Shown one piece after another: positions 18,203 to 28,802 of a stretch of 64,000 nt of DNA. Made by a program: the position numbers and the translations under genes. Position 1 is the stretch's first letter. The number at the start of each line of letters is the position of its first letter. The stretch covers positions 107,906 to 171,905 of the forward strand of contig CAZJVE010000001.1 of NCBI GenBank assembly GCA_964549685.1, read 5' to 3'. Source of the DNA: an uncultured archaeon (lineage in GTDB: Archaea > Altiarchaeota > Altiarchaeia > IMC4 > QMZM01). The notes beneath the pieces were generated by a model that searched no databases, was not told the origin of the DNA, and saw nothing but the letters and a program-made list of their open reading frames with translations.

Positions 18203-20368
18203 ATGAGATCAAGAATATCCGCAATTATTATTGCTATGTTGTTGTTTGGAACTTTGTTTTTTACCGTTGGAATGGCTTTTGCAAAGACTGATGTTAAGGG
18301 AATTGATGTCACGTTATCTAAAAACTCAAGCTATAAGGGTGATGATGATCTTGACATTGATGTTGGTGATAAATTCTATGTCCATATACTGCTGGAGGAG
18401 CCGGAGGAGGATGAAAGCGATCTGGACATTGATGTCGAGATAGAAATAAATGGCGTCAAGGTCTACGATGATGATGAGAAGGGTGTTGACCTGATAGAGG
18501 GTGAAGAGTATTACATAGTCATAGGTTCAAATAGATTCGAGGACGAGTGGGAAGATAATCAGATGGATTACACGTGCGGTAAGGAAAATGTGGAGGTGAC
18601 AATCTCAGGTGATGTCAACAAGGAAACTGACGATGATGCGGAGATTGACATAGACGGCGAAGATTTGGATGTTGAGATTGGCCCGGATGATCCCACCGCA
18701 GAAGACAAGATTACCATTACTGTCACGGATGACGATGATGATGAGGTGGAGGATGTTAAGGTTAAATTCACCCATCTGGGAGACGATGATAAATGGGATA
18801 AGGATGATGAATCGTGGGAAGATGAAACCGATAATGATGGTGAGGTCGAGGTTGAGCTCTCGGAAGAGAGCGAATTTGATGACGATCCCTATGGAAAGTA
18901 CCAGATAGATGTCTGGGAGAAGAACGGCGATTTCTGCAAGGAAATCAGAACCATAGATTTAAAGCGCACCCTTACTATCAAGGAGATAACTCCCTCCAAG
19001 CCCGTTGCTGGCAGTGCTATAAGGGTTAAGATTACCGATGGGAGCGACGACGGGGTTTCCGGGGCTAGGGCAACTGTAAGCTCAAGTGGCTTCCATCAGA
19101 CCTATACTACGGATTCTGGCGGCTTTGTCTCTTTTACTCTAAACGATGAGGGCAACTATGTTTTGATTGCTTCAAAGAGCGGATACAGCAATAGCCAAAG
19201 CAGAACTCTGGCCGTTTCGTCTAAGGAGGGTATAAGGATAAACATAAATCCGAAGGAACAGGAGCTGAACAAGGCGGTTGAGATAACAGTTATGGACGAG
19301 AATGGCAAGGCGCTTACCAATGCAGAGGTCATAATAACAAAGCCCGACGGTACAATCGAGCCGGCAATGACGGTTCCGTCAAGCGGGAGGATAAGCTATG
19401 TGCCACGGCTCGTGGGAACCTACAGTATAAGGGCCGATGCAGATAAGTATGAAACAACGACCAGCAATTTCAAGGCGCAGAGGGCATTCAGCATAATCGT
19501 CCCGGACGTGCTTGAGGTCAACAAGGACATAACAGTAATACTCAGCGATTCTGCCGGTAATGCAGTCGAAGGCGCAGTAGTTTCTGTGGGTGGTACGAGC
19601 GTTTCTGGAAAGACCGACTCGGGAGGGAGATTTGCATTCAAGCTCTCTGAGCCGAAGGAGTATACGCTCACCATAAGCAAAGAGGGTTATGCCACTCTGA
19701 GCAGAAAGGTAAGTACTCTCGGGAGGTTAAAGATTACTCTTGATTCGAACGAGATAGGACTTGGAGATTCCGTAAGTATAAGCATAGTCGATGGGCAGGG
19801 CAATGTGGTATCTGCAGGTATAGAGATAACAAAGCCGGACGGGACAAAAGAGGTGATATCGGGTGATTCCTACACACCATCGGTTTCCGGAAATCACGGC
19901 GTAACCGCCATCAAGAATGACTATGAATCCGACACAGAAAATCTGATGGTAAGGCCTGCGCCACTGACACTGGAATCAAGAATAAGGGACAATACGCTGA
20001 TAGTCAGCGTTTCAAGTAAAGGAGATGCGCTTTCGAACATAAAAGTGGACGTTGGAACTCCCTCCTGGGTGAAGGAGATTGTAACAGATGCTACAGGAAC
20101 GGCCACTCTTTATCTAACGAATCTGGAGCTAAGCAGCGATATAACGGTAAGTGTGGACAAGGAAGGCTATGAGAGGAAAGAGGTAATCCAGGAGATTCCG
20201 AGGTTCGACCTTGCCAACTACTCGATACCAGTGATATTCGGCCTTATAATAGTGATAACTATAGTGATAATCCTGATTGCCAGCAGCAGTGTCGGAAAAG
20301 GGAAGAGAAAGAGGAAGAAGGATAGCCCAACAAAGACGAAGACAGGGTCCAGCCTTGACAAGGTCTGA
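18203..20368 (+). CDS. Large cell-surface protein, paralogous architecture to the preceding gene, with an extremely acidic N-terminal region
   Basis: Signal peptide, ~200 aa D/E-rich segment, Ig-like repeats shared with 16101..18131, C-terminal TM plus KGKRKRKK tail. Confidence 0.6.
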   Translation: MRSRISAIIIAMLLFGTLFFTVGMAFAKTDVKGIDVTLSKNSSYKGDDDLDIDVGDKFYVHILLEEPEEDESDLDIDVEIEINGVKVYDDDEKGVDLIEGEEYYIVIGSNRFEDEWEDNQMDYTCGKENVEVTISGDVNKETDDDAEIDIDGEDLDVEIGPDDPTAEDKITITVTDDDDDEVEDVKVKFTHLGDDDKWDKDDESWEDETDNDGEVEVELSEESEFDDDPYGKYQIDVWEKNGDFCKEIRTIDLKRTLTIKEITPSKPVAGSAIRVKITDGSDDGVSGARATVSSSGFHQTYTTDSGGFVSFTLNDEGNYVLIASKSGYSNSQSRTLAVSSKEGIRININPKEQELNKAVEITVMDENGKALTNAEVIITKPDGTIEPAMTVPSSGRISYVPRLVGTYSIRADADKYETTTSNFKAQRAFSIIVPDVLEVNKDITVILSDSAGNAVEGAVVSVGGTSVSGKTDSGGRFAFKLSEPKEYTLTISKEGYATLSRKVSTLGRLKITLDSNEIGLGDSVSISIVDGQGNVVSAGIEITKPDGTKEVISGDSYTPSVSGNHGVTAIKNDYESDTENLMVRPAPLTLESRIRDNTLIVSVSSKGDALSNIKVDVGTPSWVKEIVTDATGTATLYLTNLELSSDITVSVDKEGYERKEVIQEIPRFDLANYSIPVIFGLIIVITIVIILIASSSVGKGKRKRKKDSPTKTKTGSSLDKV

Positions 20369-20371
20369 TTC

Positions 20372-20400
20372 CCTATTCTTTTTTTTATCTTTTATCTTGT
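20372..20400 (+). terminator. Oligo-T tract downstream of the surface protein gene
   Basis: ttcttttttttatcttttatcttgtcttttt immediately after the stop codon. Confidence 0.4.
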
Positions 20401-20423
20401 CTTTTTCTTATCTTAATACTAGC

Positions 20424-21464
20424 ATGATTCAGTTAACCACAAACATTCTTGGAGTCTTTGCTGTCAGAAAGGGCAAAGTGATTGAGAAGGTTTTGTTTCC
20501 GGACGAGCCAGCAAAGATAGCCGACAGACTGGAGAGGATTCAGGGCTCCTTCTGCGACGAGGAGAAAGGGCTTATAGAGAAGCTGAAGAAGACCGGGATT
20601 AAGGACATTAAGGTAAATAACCCCCGAAGGTTTGAGGGGTCCAATCTGGGAATGGGGTTCAGGCTGGATAAGGGGTTTATGAATCCGCTGGATATTGCCT
20701 CCGAGATTGGAATTTCGGAGGAGGACTTCACCCATCTGCTTGCAGAGGTCAATCTTGAGCTGACAAAGAAAAAGCTCAAGGAGGCCGAGCGGGATCAACT
20801 GATAATTCAGGCCGTCTCCTGTATGGATGATTTGGAGGAGGTAAGCAACAGGCTGGTTGAGCGCCTGAGGGAATGGAACTCCCTGAATTTCCCGGAGCTA
20901 AATGTGCTGGTCAAGACCCATGAGCTCTATGCCGAGGTTGTTTCCGGGAAGGAGTTGGATTCCACGCTGGCTGAAAGGATTGAGAACGTGAAGAAGGAGA
21001 GCTACGGCTTTGATTTCCAGAAGAAGGACCTGGAGATTACAAAGATATTCTCGGATTCAATCCTTGCCTTATATTCAACAAAAGAAGAGACTGAAAAATA
21101 CATAGATGGTATGATGGCTGAGATAGCCCCGAACCTGGCTGCTCTGGCGGGCCCCTTGCTCGGTGCAAGGCTGATTGCCCTTGCAGGAAGCCTCAAGAGG
21201 CTGTCCATGTTTCCTGCCAGCACCATACAGGTCCTTGGAGCAGAGGATGCATTCTTTAGATTCCTAAAAACCAAGAAAAATCCACCCAAGCACGGAGTTA
21301 TATTCCAGCTGCCCGAGATAAGGTCGGCCCAGAAGAAGAACAGGGGTAAAATCTCCAGAACATTCGCAGCGAAGCTTGCAATTGCTGCAAGGGCGGACTA
21401 CTTCAAAGGTGAGTTTATTGGCGATAAACTAAGGAAGGATTTTTTAGGGAAGATAAAGAATTGA
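20424..21464 (+). CDS. nop5: Nop5 (Nop56/58) box C/D snoRNP protein
   Basis: Nop domain (AEIAPNLAALAGPLLGARLIALAGSLKRL...) and coiled-coil middle domain; start taken at ATG 20424 because the track ORF overlaps the upstream gene. Confidence 0.8.
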   Translation: MIQLTTNILGVFAVRKGKVIEKVLFPDEPAKIADRLERIQGSFCDEEKGLIEKLKKTGIKDIKVNNPRRFEGSNLGMGFRLDKGFMNPLDIASEIGISEEDFTHLLAEVNLELTKKKLKEAERDQLIIQAVSCMDDLEEVSNRLVERLREWNSLNFPELNVLVKTHELYAEVVSGKELDSTLAERIENVKKESYGFDFQKKDLEITKIFSDSILALYSTKEETEKYIDGMMAEIAPNLAALAGPLLGARLIALAGSLKRLSMFPASTIQVLGAEDAFFRFLKTKKNPPKHGVIFQLPEIRSAQKKNRGKISRTFAAKLAIAARADYFKGEFIGDKLRKDFLGKIKN

Positions 21465-21465
21465 A

Positions 21466-22602
21466 ATGAATTCATTAATAAAAAAAATTTTGATGCCCGG
21501 GATAATTCTCATATTTTTGATTTCTGCCTACTCACAAGAATATGAATGGGTCCCGGCGGGTGCATTCGGCGGCCAGGATTGTGACGGGGATTCTGCAGAG
21601 GATGGGAAATTCTGTGAACCAAGGAGTATAGATGTCGGCTTCAATGATACTATTTATGTTATCGACACTGAAAACGATAGGTTTCAGGTATTTGATTCTA
21701 ATTTCACGCATATGGAGACAGATGGCGAGCTGGATCCAGATGGAGTAGAGCTTGGAAAGTTCCAGGACCCTGAGGGAATAGCCGTCAGGTTTATTGACGT
21801 CAACATAAGCTACGTGTATATAACAGATACGAGGAACTACAGGGTTGAGATTAGGTATCAGAACTCTACATTCAACAACGAGACCAATGAAACCACAGTG
21901 AATAATTCCTGGGTCGACTTTGGTCGAAGATGCTATAGCGAATGTAACTATGACGATTACATCTACTTTGACAGACCGAAGGATATTGAGGTCGATGCTG
22001 ATGGGACGGTCTATGTTGCCGATACAGAGGAGGATAGAATCCATATAATAGAGGATGGTTTTGATGCCCCTTCCCTCATGTTTGACGGTTCGGACTCCGC
22101 GGATGGTGATGTGAGTGTGCCTGAGGGGATAGCCATAGACTCCAATGGGAATATCTATGTTGCTGATACCGGCAATAACAAGGTGAGGATTTTCGACCCA
22201 AGCGGCGCGCAGCTGAGGTCCTTTGGTAGCTTTGGTTCAGGTCAGAAGGAATTCAACGAACCCTCGGGGATAGAGGTCGACGATGAAGGACATATATTTG
22301 TTGCCGACCGTGGCAATCACAGGATTCAAATATTCGGCGTTTCAGGCAATTATATAACTGAATTTGGAAACGAGACGTGCTCCGCCTATATCTATGACGA
22401 AGAAGGAAACGTAAGCCTCCATATGGGGAGCTTCTGCTATCCGAACGATATCGACTTAAATAACGATAAGCTCTATGTAGCTGACTCTGAAAACCACAGG
22501 ATACAGGTCTTCCACGTACCGGCGCTTCCATCAGCGAATGTTACCGTGGATATAGGACTGAAGTATGGCTGGAACCTCATCTCCATTCCCTTCGAACCCT
22601 AA
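21466..22602 (+). CDS. Secreted NHL-repeat beta-propeller protein
   Basis: Signal peptide plus six NHL-like blades (IYVADTGNNKVRIF, HIFVADRGNHRIQIF, LYVADSENHRIQVF). Confidence 0.7.
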   Translation: MNSLIKKILMPGIILIFLISAYSQEYEWVPAGAFGGQDCDGDSAEDGKFCEPRSIDVGFNDTIYVIDTENDRFQVFDSNFTHMETDGELDPDGVELGKFQDPEGIAVRFIDVNISYVYITDTRNYRVEIRYQNSTFNNETNETTVNNSWVDFGRRCYSECNYDDYIYFDRPKDIEVDADGTVYVADTEEDRIHIIEDGFDAPSLMFDGSDSADGDVSVPEGIAIDSNGNIYVADTGNNKVRIFDPSGAQLRSFGSFGSGQKEFNEPSGIEVDDEGHIFVADRGNHRIQIFGVSGNYITEFGNETCSAYIYDEEGNVSLHMGSFCYPNDIDLNNDKLYVADSENHRIQVFHVPALPSANVTVDIGLKYGWNLISIPFEP

Positions 22603-22603
22603 G

Positions 22604-23506
22604 ATGGATGTCACATCTATCGGCGACATAAATCTCGATGCCATAACGTCAAAACTCAAAGAGCTGCCGGAAAAGGACTCGCAGAGGGTTGTATCGGACA
22701 TGTCCCTGAGCTCTGGGGGCTGTGCCGCAAACTTTGCGAAGGCGATAAGCGGGTTGGGGCTTGAGACAAGGTTTATTGGAAAGATTGGCGATGATATAAT
22801 TGGAGAATTTCTAAGGGATTCCATGGGTAATGTTGAGATTGTTCTTTCAAAAGGTAAGAAAACGGGAATTACCTTTGCGATGGTCTTTGAGGACAATACG
22901 AGGTCATTTGTAACATATCCCGGCTCGAACGTTGAATTCAAAATTGATGATATAGATTTCGATTTGATAGAGGGCAAATACCTGCATGTTGGCTCGTTCT
23001 TTCTCCAGGGGTTGAGGAAGGATACAAAGAGAATTTTTGAATATGCTCATGGAAAGGGTATGACAGCGTCCCTCGATACGGGGTGGGATCCGGCGGGCTG
23101 GGGCAGGAAGGACGTACAACTTGTGAGGGAAATTCTTAAAGGTGTGGATATATTCTTCCCGAATCTGAAGGAGGGAGAGGCGATAACCGGCGCGAAGGGC
23201 AAGGAGGACGTGTGCGACGAACTGCTTCCTCTCGGTCCTCAGATAATTGCCCTGAAGCTTGGCTCTGAGGGGAGTTATATAGCAACCAAGGATGAGAGAA
23301 TTTCCATTCCCCCAATCAAGGTTGATGTCCTCGACACCACCGGGGCAGGGGATGTCTTTGGCGCGGCATTCATCTACGGGCATTCAAAGGGCTGGGATTT
23401 AGAGAAGTGTGGGAGGTTTGCTAATGCCGCTGCAGCGCTCTCGACGAGAGGTTACGGAAGTAGCAGCTATCCAGCCTCATCAGAAGTCGATAGTATCTTG
23501 CAATGA
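22604..23506 (+). CDS. PfkB-family carbohydrate kinase
   Basis: Ribokinase-like fold with DTTGAGDVFGAAF ATP-site motif. Confidence 0.75.
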   Translation: MDVTSIGDINLDAITSKLKELPEKDSQRVVSDMSLSSGGCAANFAKAISGLGLETRFIGKIGDDIIGEFLRDSMGNVEIVLSKGKKTGITFAMVFEDNTRSFVTYPGSNVEFKIDDIDFDLIEGKYLHVGSFFLQGLRKDTKRIFEYAHGKGMTASLDTGWDPAGWGRKDVQLVREILKGVDIFFPNLKEGEAITGAKGKEDVCDELLPLGPQIIALKLGSEGSYIATKDERISIPPIKVDVLDTTGAGDVFGAAFIYGHSKGWDLEKCGRFANAAAALSTRGYGSSSYPASSEVDSILQ

Positions 23507-24552
23507 CCCTCTCATTCAAACCTGTCTGGTCCGACTCCATGGGTGCAAAGTCTTCATGCACGCTCGTTGAGACTCCTGACGTTAGAATTCTTATAGACCC
23601 CGGCGTCTCAATCATGCAAAAAAGTTTCCCTGCCTCCATGAACAAAAAGATGGGGTGGCTGAAGCAGGGTGAGAAGGCGGTTCTGGATGCCAGTAAGGAA
23701 GCCGACATCGTCGTTATATCCCATTACCACTATGACCATTTTACAGACTTCGATGCGCGGCTCTATGAGGGAAAGAGGCTGTTTTTAAAGAACCCGAACG
23801 AATTCATAAATTATTCTCAACGAGGGAGGGCAGAGAATTTCCTGGGGAACGTGTGTGAGGAATTCGGGGGGGTTAAATTCAAATCCATTTTAGAAAAAAA
23901 TAAGAAAAAGAAATACCCCGACCCGATGGCGAAGATGCCGCTTGCGGCTGAACGGGATTTTGGAGACTATAACAAGAGAAGGGGAGAGTTGCTCGGTAAT
24001 GGCAGGGAGAGGTTCTCCAAGAGGGTAAAGTCATGGAACAAGAACATGAAGATTCCTGAAATAAAATTTGAAGATATTAAAATTGAGTTTCCTGAGGGAA
24101 AAAAGTTTAAGTTTGGAAAAACGAAACTGGAATTCTCGCAGCCCTTGTTTCATGGTATAGAATACACCAACCTCGGCTGGGTCTTTGCAACACTGGTTGA
24201 GTCCGGGGGGAAACGGCTGATGCACTCCTCGGACCTGTGCGGCGTCTATATCGAGGACTATGCTGAGATGGTTGTGAAGGAGAACCCCGACATCCTTATT
24301 CTTGATGGGCCCCCTACATATCTGCTGCCCTACATGATGAATTCTATAAATCTTAGTAGATGCATCAGGAATATCTGTAATATCATCAAGAACGTAGATT
24401 CTGAATTAATCCTTCTTGACCATCATCTTCCAAGGGATGCTAAGTACCGGGAAAGGTTGAAGGAGGTCTATGACCTCGCGGCAAGGGAGAATAAAACAGT
24501 CACGACCGCTGCGGAATGCCTTGGGCAGGAGGTTGCTGCTCTCTCCCCATGA
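23503..24552 (+). CDS. MBL-fold metallo-hydrolase (archaeal UPF0282-like)
   Basis: HYHYDH metal-binding motif and MBL fold. Confidence 0.6.
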   Translation: MTLSFKPVWSDSMGAKSSCTLVETPDVRILIDPGVSIMQKSFPASMNKKMGWLKQGEKAVLDASKEADIVVISHYHYDHFTDFDARLYEGKRLFLKNPNEFINYSQRGRAENFLGNVCEEFGGVKFKSILEKNKKKKYPDPMAKMPLAAERDFGDYNKRRGELLGNGRERFSKRVKSWNKNMKIPEIKFEDIKIEFPEGKKFKFGKTKLEFSQPLFHGIEYTNLGWVFATLVESGGKRLMHSSDLCGVYIEDYAEMVVKENPDILILDGPPTYLLPYMMNSINLSRCIRNICNIIKNVDSELILLDHHLPRDAKYRERLKEVYDLAARENKTVTTAAECLGQEVAALSP

Positions 24553-26338
24553 CGTCCTCGAAATAGGCCCTTGTCAGCTCTGCTACGGCCGGGGCATGGG
24601 ATATGTTTCCTACGGATTTGAGGTTCTCTCCTGAAAAGAACTCCGATATCGTTCCGATTCCTGCTTCCCTTGTATGATTCTCGAAGATGTTTTCCAGAAC
24701 CCCCTTGGCATGGAGCCTCCTGTCGGAGACCCTCATCAGGAGCTGGGTGTAGGGTCCAAGCAACCATGTAAATGCCGCCCCGTTGAACCGGTCATCGGGA
24801 TTGTAGTTCTCGCTCTTCGGGTCAAGGGTCCTGATACCGACCACCGTAACCAATTCCTCAAGTGAATTCAGAACCTTTTTCTGCAAAGTTTCATTAAGTG
24901 GAGAGAATTCCAATGTTAGTGTGATAATCTGGTTGGGCCTTATGGATTCGTCATCTATCGTATCCTTTAGATAGCTCCCATTCCAGAATTCCTCCAGGAA
25001 ATTCTCCTCGAATGCAAGGTAAATTCCCCGGAAGTCGGTCTCATCGTCATCCATGAGTTCCGATAGCTTTTCCATTATTTTCAGTGAATTGTACCATAGC
25101 CCCTGCACCTCAACGGCATTGTCCCTGTCCGGCATCCACGTCCCGCCCTTGTGCATGAGGAGACCGTCCTTCTCCATGTCGATGTATCCCTTTACCATGT
25201 CCTTCATGTCCCACCAGTAGGTATGCAGCAGTCCCTTGAGCCTTTCCATGCCTGCCGCTTTCCCGTATTTGTAGAGGCGGTCAATCAGCCAGAGGGTTGT
25301 GTCGATGCTGTCGTGAATCGGCTCTCCGTCGATGATGCTGCCTGGGACTCCGTTCCTTGAAGAGTTGTTGAGAATCCTCTCAAAGACCTGCTCGGCGTCG
25401 TCGAATCTCTGGTTGAATAGAGTTAATCCGGGCAGCGCTATCATCGCCTCCCTTACATTCTCCCCGGAAAACGGATAGGAGATGATGCTTTTCTTTGAGT
25501 CAATATCAACTATGAATGTTTCGGCTATTTTCAGGATGGCGAAAATCGAGGAGCCCATGTCCGATGAGAGGATTCTGCTCTTCTTCTCCCTCGGCTGTGA
25601 CAAATCCTTGAAAGCAGCAGCAGTTTTTTCCTCTGTTTCATAGGCAAGGGCCGAGATGGTGAAGTCCTGGGTTGAGTTTCCATCAACAGAGAATTCAAAG
25701 AATGCAGGAATATTATGGAAATTCCTTTCATCGTTATTGGAATAAATAAAAGAATTCCACCTCTCGCCTTCGTTCTCTTTGCAGATTGCCTTGTCGGAGT
25801 AGATTGTCAGGTAGCCGAGTTTGGAGTCAAGTCCCAGGATTTTGTCCGTGAAGAGTTTTGGCTGGAAGTGGTTTTCCGCCGTGCCCAAATCCTCAACGCC
25901 TCTTGAATTCGCAAGGACTTTAACCCTGATTTTGAGGGGGGCGGGGGTTTTGTTCTCAATAGTATAGAGAACGGCCACGCCGTTCTTGTCCTGCAGGGGG
26001 TTTATGGTCTTGGCAAGGGAGAATTCATCAAAATAATGGTAATATGAAACCGAATTATGATTGAAATCGAATTTACCAGGGCCGCTATATTGGGAATTCC
26101 CCAGACCTATAACCCTTTCCGGCAGATGAATCTCCTCCTCCAGGCCCTCGAGATATACCATTCTTTTCAGATTATCACAAGCAGATACAAGCAGTGCATG
26201 ATGGCTGTTTGCAGGCAAACCAAGAATGGTCGATGCAGAGTAGCCGCCGATTTTGTTGGGAATCAGCCACTCAAGCCCTCTGGACTTTTCCAAATCCATT
26301 GCGTTTGGATTGAATGTGGCGAAGGGAGTTTCACTCAT
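24500..26338 (-). CDS. Archaeal glycogen-debranching enzyme family protein (GDE N-terminal domain plus amylo-alpha-1,6-glucosidase domain)
   Basis: N-terminal GDE_N-like region and C-terminal (alpha/alpha)6 GDE_C-like region. Confidence 0.65.
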   Translation of the reverse strand: MSETPFATFNPNAMDLEKSRGLEWLIPNKIGGYSASTILGLPANSHHALLVSACDNLKRMVYLEGLEEEIHLPERVIGLGNSQYSGPGKFDFNHNSVSYYHYFDEFSLAKTINPLQDKNGVAVLYTIENKTPAPLKIRVKVLANSRGVEDLGTAENHFQPKLFTDKILGLDSKLGYLTIYSDKAICKENEGERWNSFIYSNNDERNFHNIPAFFEFSVDGNSTQDFTISALAYETEEKTAAAFKDLSQPREKKSRILSSDMGSSIFAILKIAETFIVDIDSKKSIISYPFSGENVREAMIALPGLTLFNQRFDDAEQVFERILNNSSRNGVPGSIIDGEPIHDSIDTTLWLIDRLYKYGKAAGMERLKGLLHTYWWDMKDMVKGYIDMEKDGLLMHKGGTWMPDRDNAVEVQGLWYNSLKIMEKLSELMDDDETDFRGIYLAFEENFLEEFWNGSYLKDTIDDESIRPNQIITLTLEFSPLNETLQKKVLNSLEELVTVVGIRTLDPKSENYNPDDRFNGAAFTWLLGPYTQLLMRVSDRRLHAKGVLENIFENHTREAGIGTISEFFSGENLKSVGNISHAPAVAELTRAYFEDVMGREQQPPAQGIPQRS

Positions 26339-26342
26339 CTTG

Positions 26343-26828
26343 CTATCTGAATACCTCGTTGTCTAGGATTAGGTGGCTGAAAAAGCCGATAAGAGCAAAC
26401 CCAACGTAGTGGAGGTCTATTAGATATAAGGGAAGCGAGAGTAAAATTCCAACGACGGGTGTATGAAAGAGCCCCCTGTGCCTTGAAAACCACAGCAGGT
26501 AGAGGAACAGAATTAAGAGCAGCGGGATGTAGATTAGCTCCATCCTCCTCAGGAATATGAACGCCATGAGACAGACAATGGATACGGCAAGAAAGAGCCT
26601 GCCAAGAATCTTTCGCATCTTCGAGGAGGGAGTATCCATGTCCGGCAAAATTGAATAGAGAATTCCGATTATATTTCCAAAGATGAGCATATGTAGGGAT
26701 ATATTAAAATTCAGAATTCTATTCATCAACAATAGGATAATCCCCATCATCATCAGATAGCCGAATATGTGGGTCTTGTAACTGGGCATTATAGATAATA
26801 TTTTACCCCTGAACATAAAATCTATCAT
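26343..26828 (-). CDS. Membrane-bound metal-dependent hydrolase (DUF457/YdjM-like)
   Basis: Polytopic membrane protein with conserved His/Asp positions (HLILD). Confidence 0.5.
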   Translation of the reverse strand: MIDFMFRGKILSIMPSYKTHIFGYLMMMGIILLLMNRILNFNISLHMLIFGNIIGILYSILPDMDTPSSKMRKILGRLFLAVSIVCLMAFIFLRRMELIYIPLLLILFLYLLWFSRHRGLFHTPVVGILLSLPLYLIDLHYVGFALIGFFSHLILDNEVFR

Positions 26829-28763
26829 ATGGCACTTGTTGAATTCGTTACTCCCTTGGCTCTGGCAGGCCTCATTCTCCTGGTTCCAATCATAATCCTC
26901 TATCTCCTGAAGCCAAAGCCGAAACAGATAAAGCTGCCGACCCTGATGTTCGTAATTTCAAAGAAGAGAAGAAAGAGGTTTGCATCCTTCTTCAACAGGT
27001 TCATCCGGGACCCGTTGCTTCTTCTGCAGCTCCTGATAATACTGCTCCTTGTCCTTGCAGTAGCGAATCCCTTCATGATTTTGTTTGAGGAAAGGGGTGA
27101 AAAGGAGGCCGTAGTATTTGTCATTGATGCCTCGGCAAGCATGCAATCAACAGACGTAAGCCCAAACAGATTTGAAAAGGCTAAGGAGCTTGCGATGCAG
27201 GTTCTGGACTACCAGAATCCAGGAAGCCCAATAAGTCTTGTTCTGGCTGAAAACGTTCCGATACTCCTTCTGAGGGATGGAAGAAAGGATGATGTAGAGG
27301 GGATTCTATCCGTCATTGGCGCTGCAGACACCGGCTCCAACATAGGCGATTCGGTTCTCTTCGGAAAGGACCTTCTATCCGGTTCCAGTATGAATAAGAG
27401 AATCTATGTGTTTTCTGATTTCTCGAAGAGCCAGGAATCCGGGCTGGAATTCTCAAGGAAGATTGCGTCAATGGGCAACGTTGCCGTGGAATTCATAAGA
27501 GTCTCAGGCGAGGGGGAGAATTTCGGCGTAATAGACATGGACGCGAGGCGCTTTATCACAGAGCCTGAAAAATGCTCGATAACATTCACTGTAAAGAATT
27601 TCGGCCGGGCGGAGCAGGGGCCGTCCGTGGATGTCCTTGTTGATGGCGGGAGTGTGGAGACAATAACAAACTACATCAAAGGCGGGGAGCAGTTCCTGTA
27701 CCACCTCGAGCCGGACATTACGGAAGAGGAACACATAATAAAGGTCATGATAAATGGAAACGACGCCCTGGCCGTGGATAATGCGGCCTTTGCCTTCCTT
27801 CCCAGGGTAAGGAAATACAGGGTTTTGCTGGTTACAGAAGAGGGCTCAGGCAACTATCTGAGGTATGCCCTTGAAGCATCATCGAATGTTGAGCTTGAGG
27901 TTTCCATCCTTCCAGTCGTTCCAGAATTTCATGGTTTTGATACAGTAATATTCGGGGACCTGAATCCGGAACTTGTTCTCCCCGGAACGTTTAAGAAGCT
28001 TGATGAATATGTCAGGGGTGGGAAGAGCGTTGTATTCCTGGCCTCGACAGGCCTGGGGGGGATAGACAATGAAAATCTGGGGTCCCTTCTTCCAGTCATG
28101 CTTATCGGTCTCAGGGAGGGGGATGAAAAGATAGTAGTGGAGCAGAACCATGAAATCATATCCAGTGTAACGCTTCAGAATCTAATCACAAAGAGACATA
28201 TGCGGTGTGTGGCAAAAAACCAGAGCAGTGTAATAGCAACCATAGATGAGAGCCCCGCACTTGCCTATCATAGCTATGGGGATGGAAAGGTTGCCTTTGT
28301 TGGAATAAATCCTGATGAAGAATGGAGTAACTTCTACTACAGCTCTTCTCACCCCATATTCTGGTTCCAGTTATTGCAATGGATAAACAGGATGGAAAAC
28401 TCGCTGGTTATCAATAACTTCAAGACGGGAGAGTCGCTGCCTGTAAAAGGCAGAGTTGATGTTACAACCCCTTCAGGAAAGTCCCTCCATACAGGAAACA
28501 TAATACTGGACGAGGTTGGAATCTATGGTATAAGACTCGATGATTTGGACGATAAGATAACCGTTTCCCTTCTCGATGAGTCAGAATCTGCAATCTCCGA
28601 ATCCATTCCTGGCCTGGATACAATAAATGATGAAAATTTTGTAATCTCTGGGGAGAAGGTTCAGACAAGGAGGGAGTTCTGGTTCTATATCCTCGCTCTA
28701 GGGGTACTCTTCCTTTTTATTGAGATTCTGGTTTACAAAAGGAGGGGGCTTCTTGAGGAGTGA
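26829..28763 (+). CDS. BatA-like von Willebrand factor A domain membrane protein
   Basis: BatA N-terminal TM segment, vWA MIDAS (VVFVIDASASM), C-terminal TM. Confidence 0.65.
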   Translation: MALVEFVTPLALAGLILLVPIIILYLLKPKPKQIKLPTLMFVISKKRRKRFASFFNRFIRDPLLLLQLLIILLLVLAVANPFMILFEERGEKEAVVFVIDASASMQSTDVSPNRFEKAKELAMQVLDYQNPGSPISLVLAENVPILLLRDGRKDDVEGILSVIGAADTGSNIGDSVLFGKDLLSGSSMNKRIYVFSDFSKSQESGLEFSRKIASMGNVAVEFIRVSGEGENFGVIDMDARRFITEPEKCSITFTVKNFGRAEQGPSVDVLVDGGSVETITNYIKGGEQFLYHLEPDITEEEHIIKVMINGNDALAVDNAAFAFLPRVRKYRVLLVTEEGSGNYLRYALEASSNVELEVSILPVVPEFHGFDTVIFGDLNPELVLPGTFKKLDEYVRGGKSVVFLASTGLGGIDNENLGSLLPVMLIGLREGDEKIVVEQNHEIISSVTLQNLITKRHMRCVAKNQSSVIATIDESPALAYHSYGDGKVAFVGINPDEEWSNFYYSSSHPIFWFQLLQWINRMENSLVINNFKTGESLPVKGRVDVTTPSGKSLHTGNIILDEVGIYGIRLDDLDDKITVSLLDESESAISESIPGLDTINDENFVISGEKVQTRREFWFYILALGVLFLFIEILVYKRRGLLEE

Positions 28764-28802
28764 TATTTATAACTCTCTTACCCAATAAAAGACACCCAGA
28801 GA

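Noticed and set aside
20424-21464. Missing fibrillarin next to nop5 as a possible deletion
   Set aside because: nop5 and the fibrillarin gene are frequently but not obligatorily linked. The downstream gene is an intact NHL-repeat protein with its own start, so fibrillarin is most likely elsewhere in the genome.
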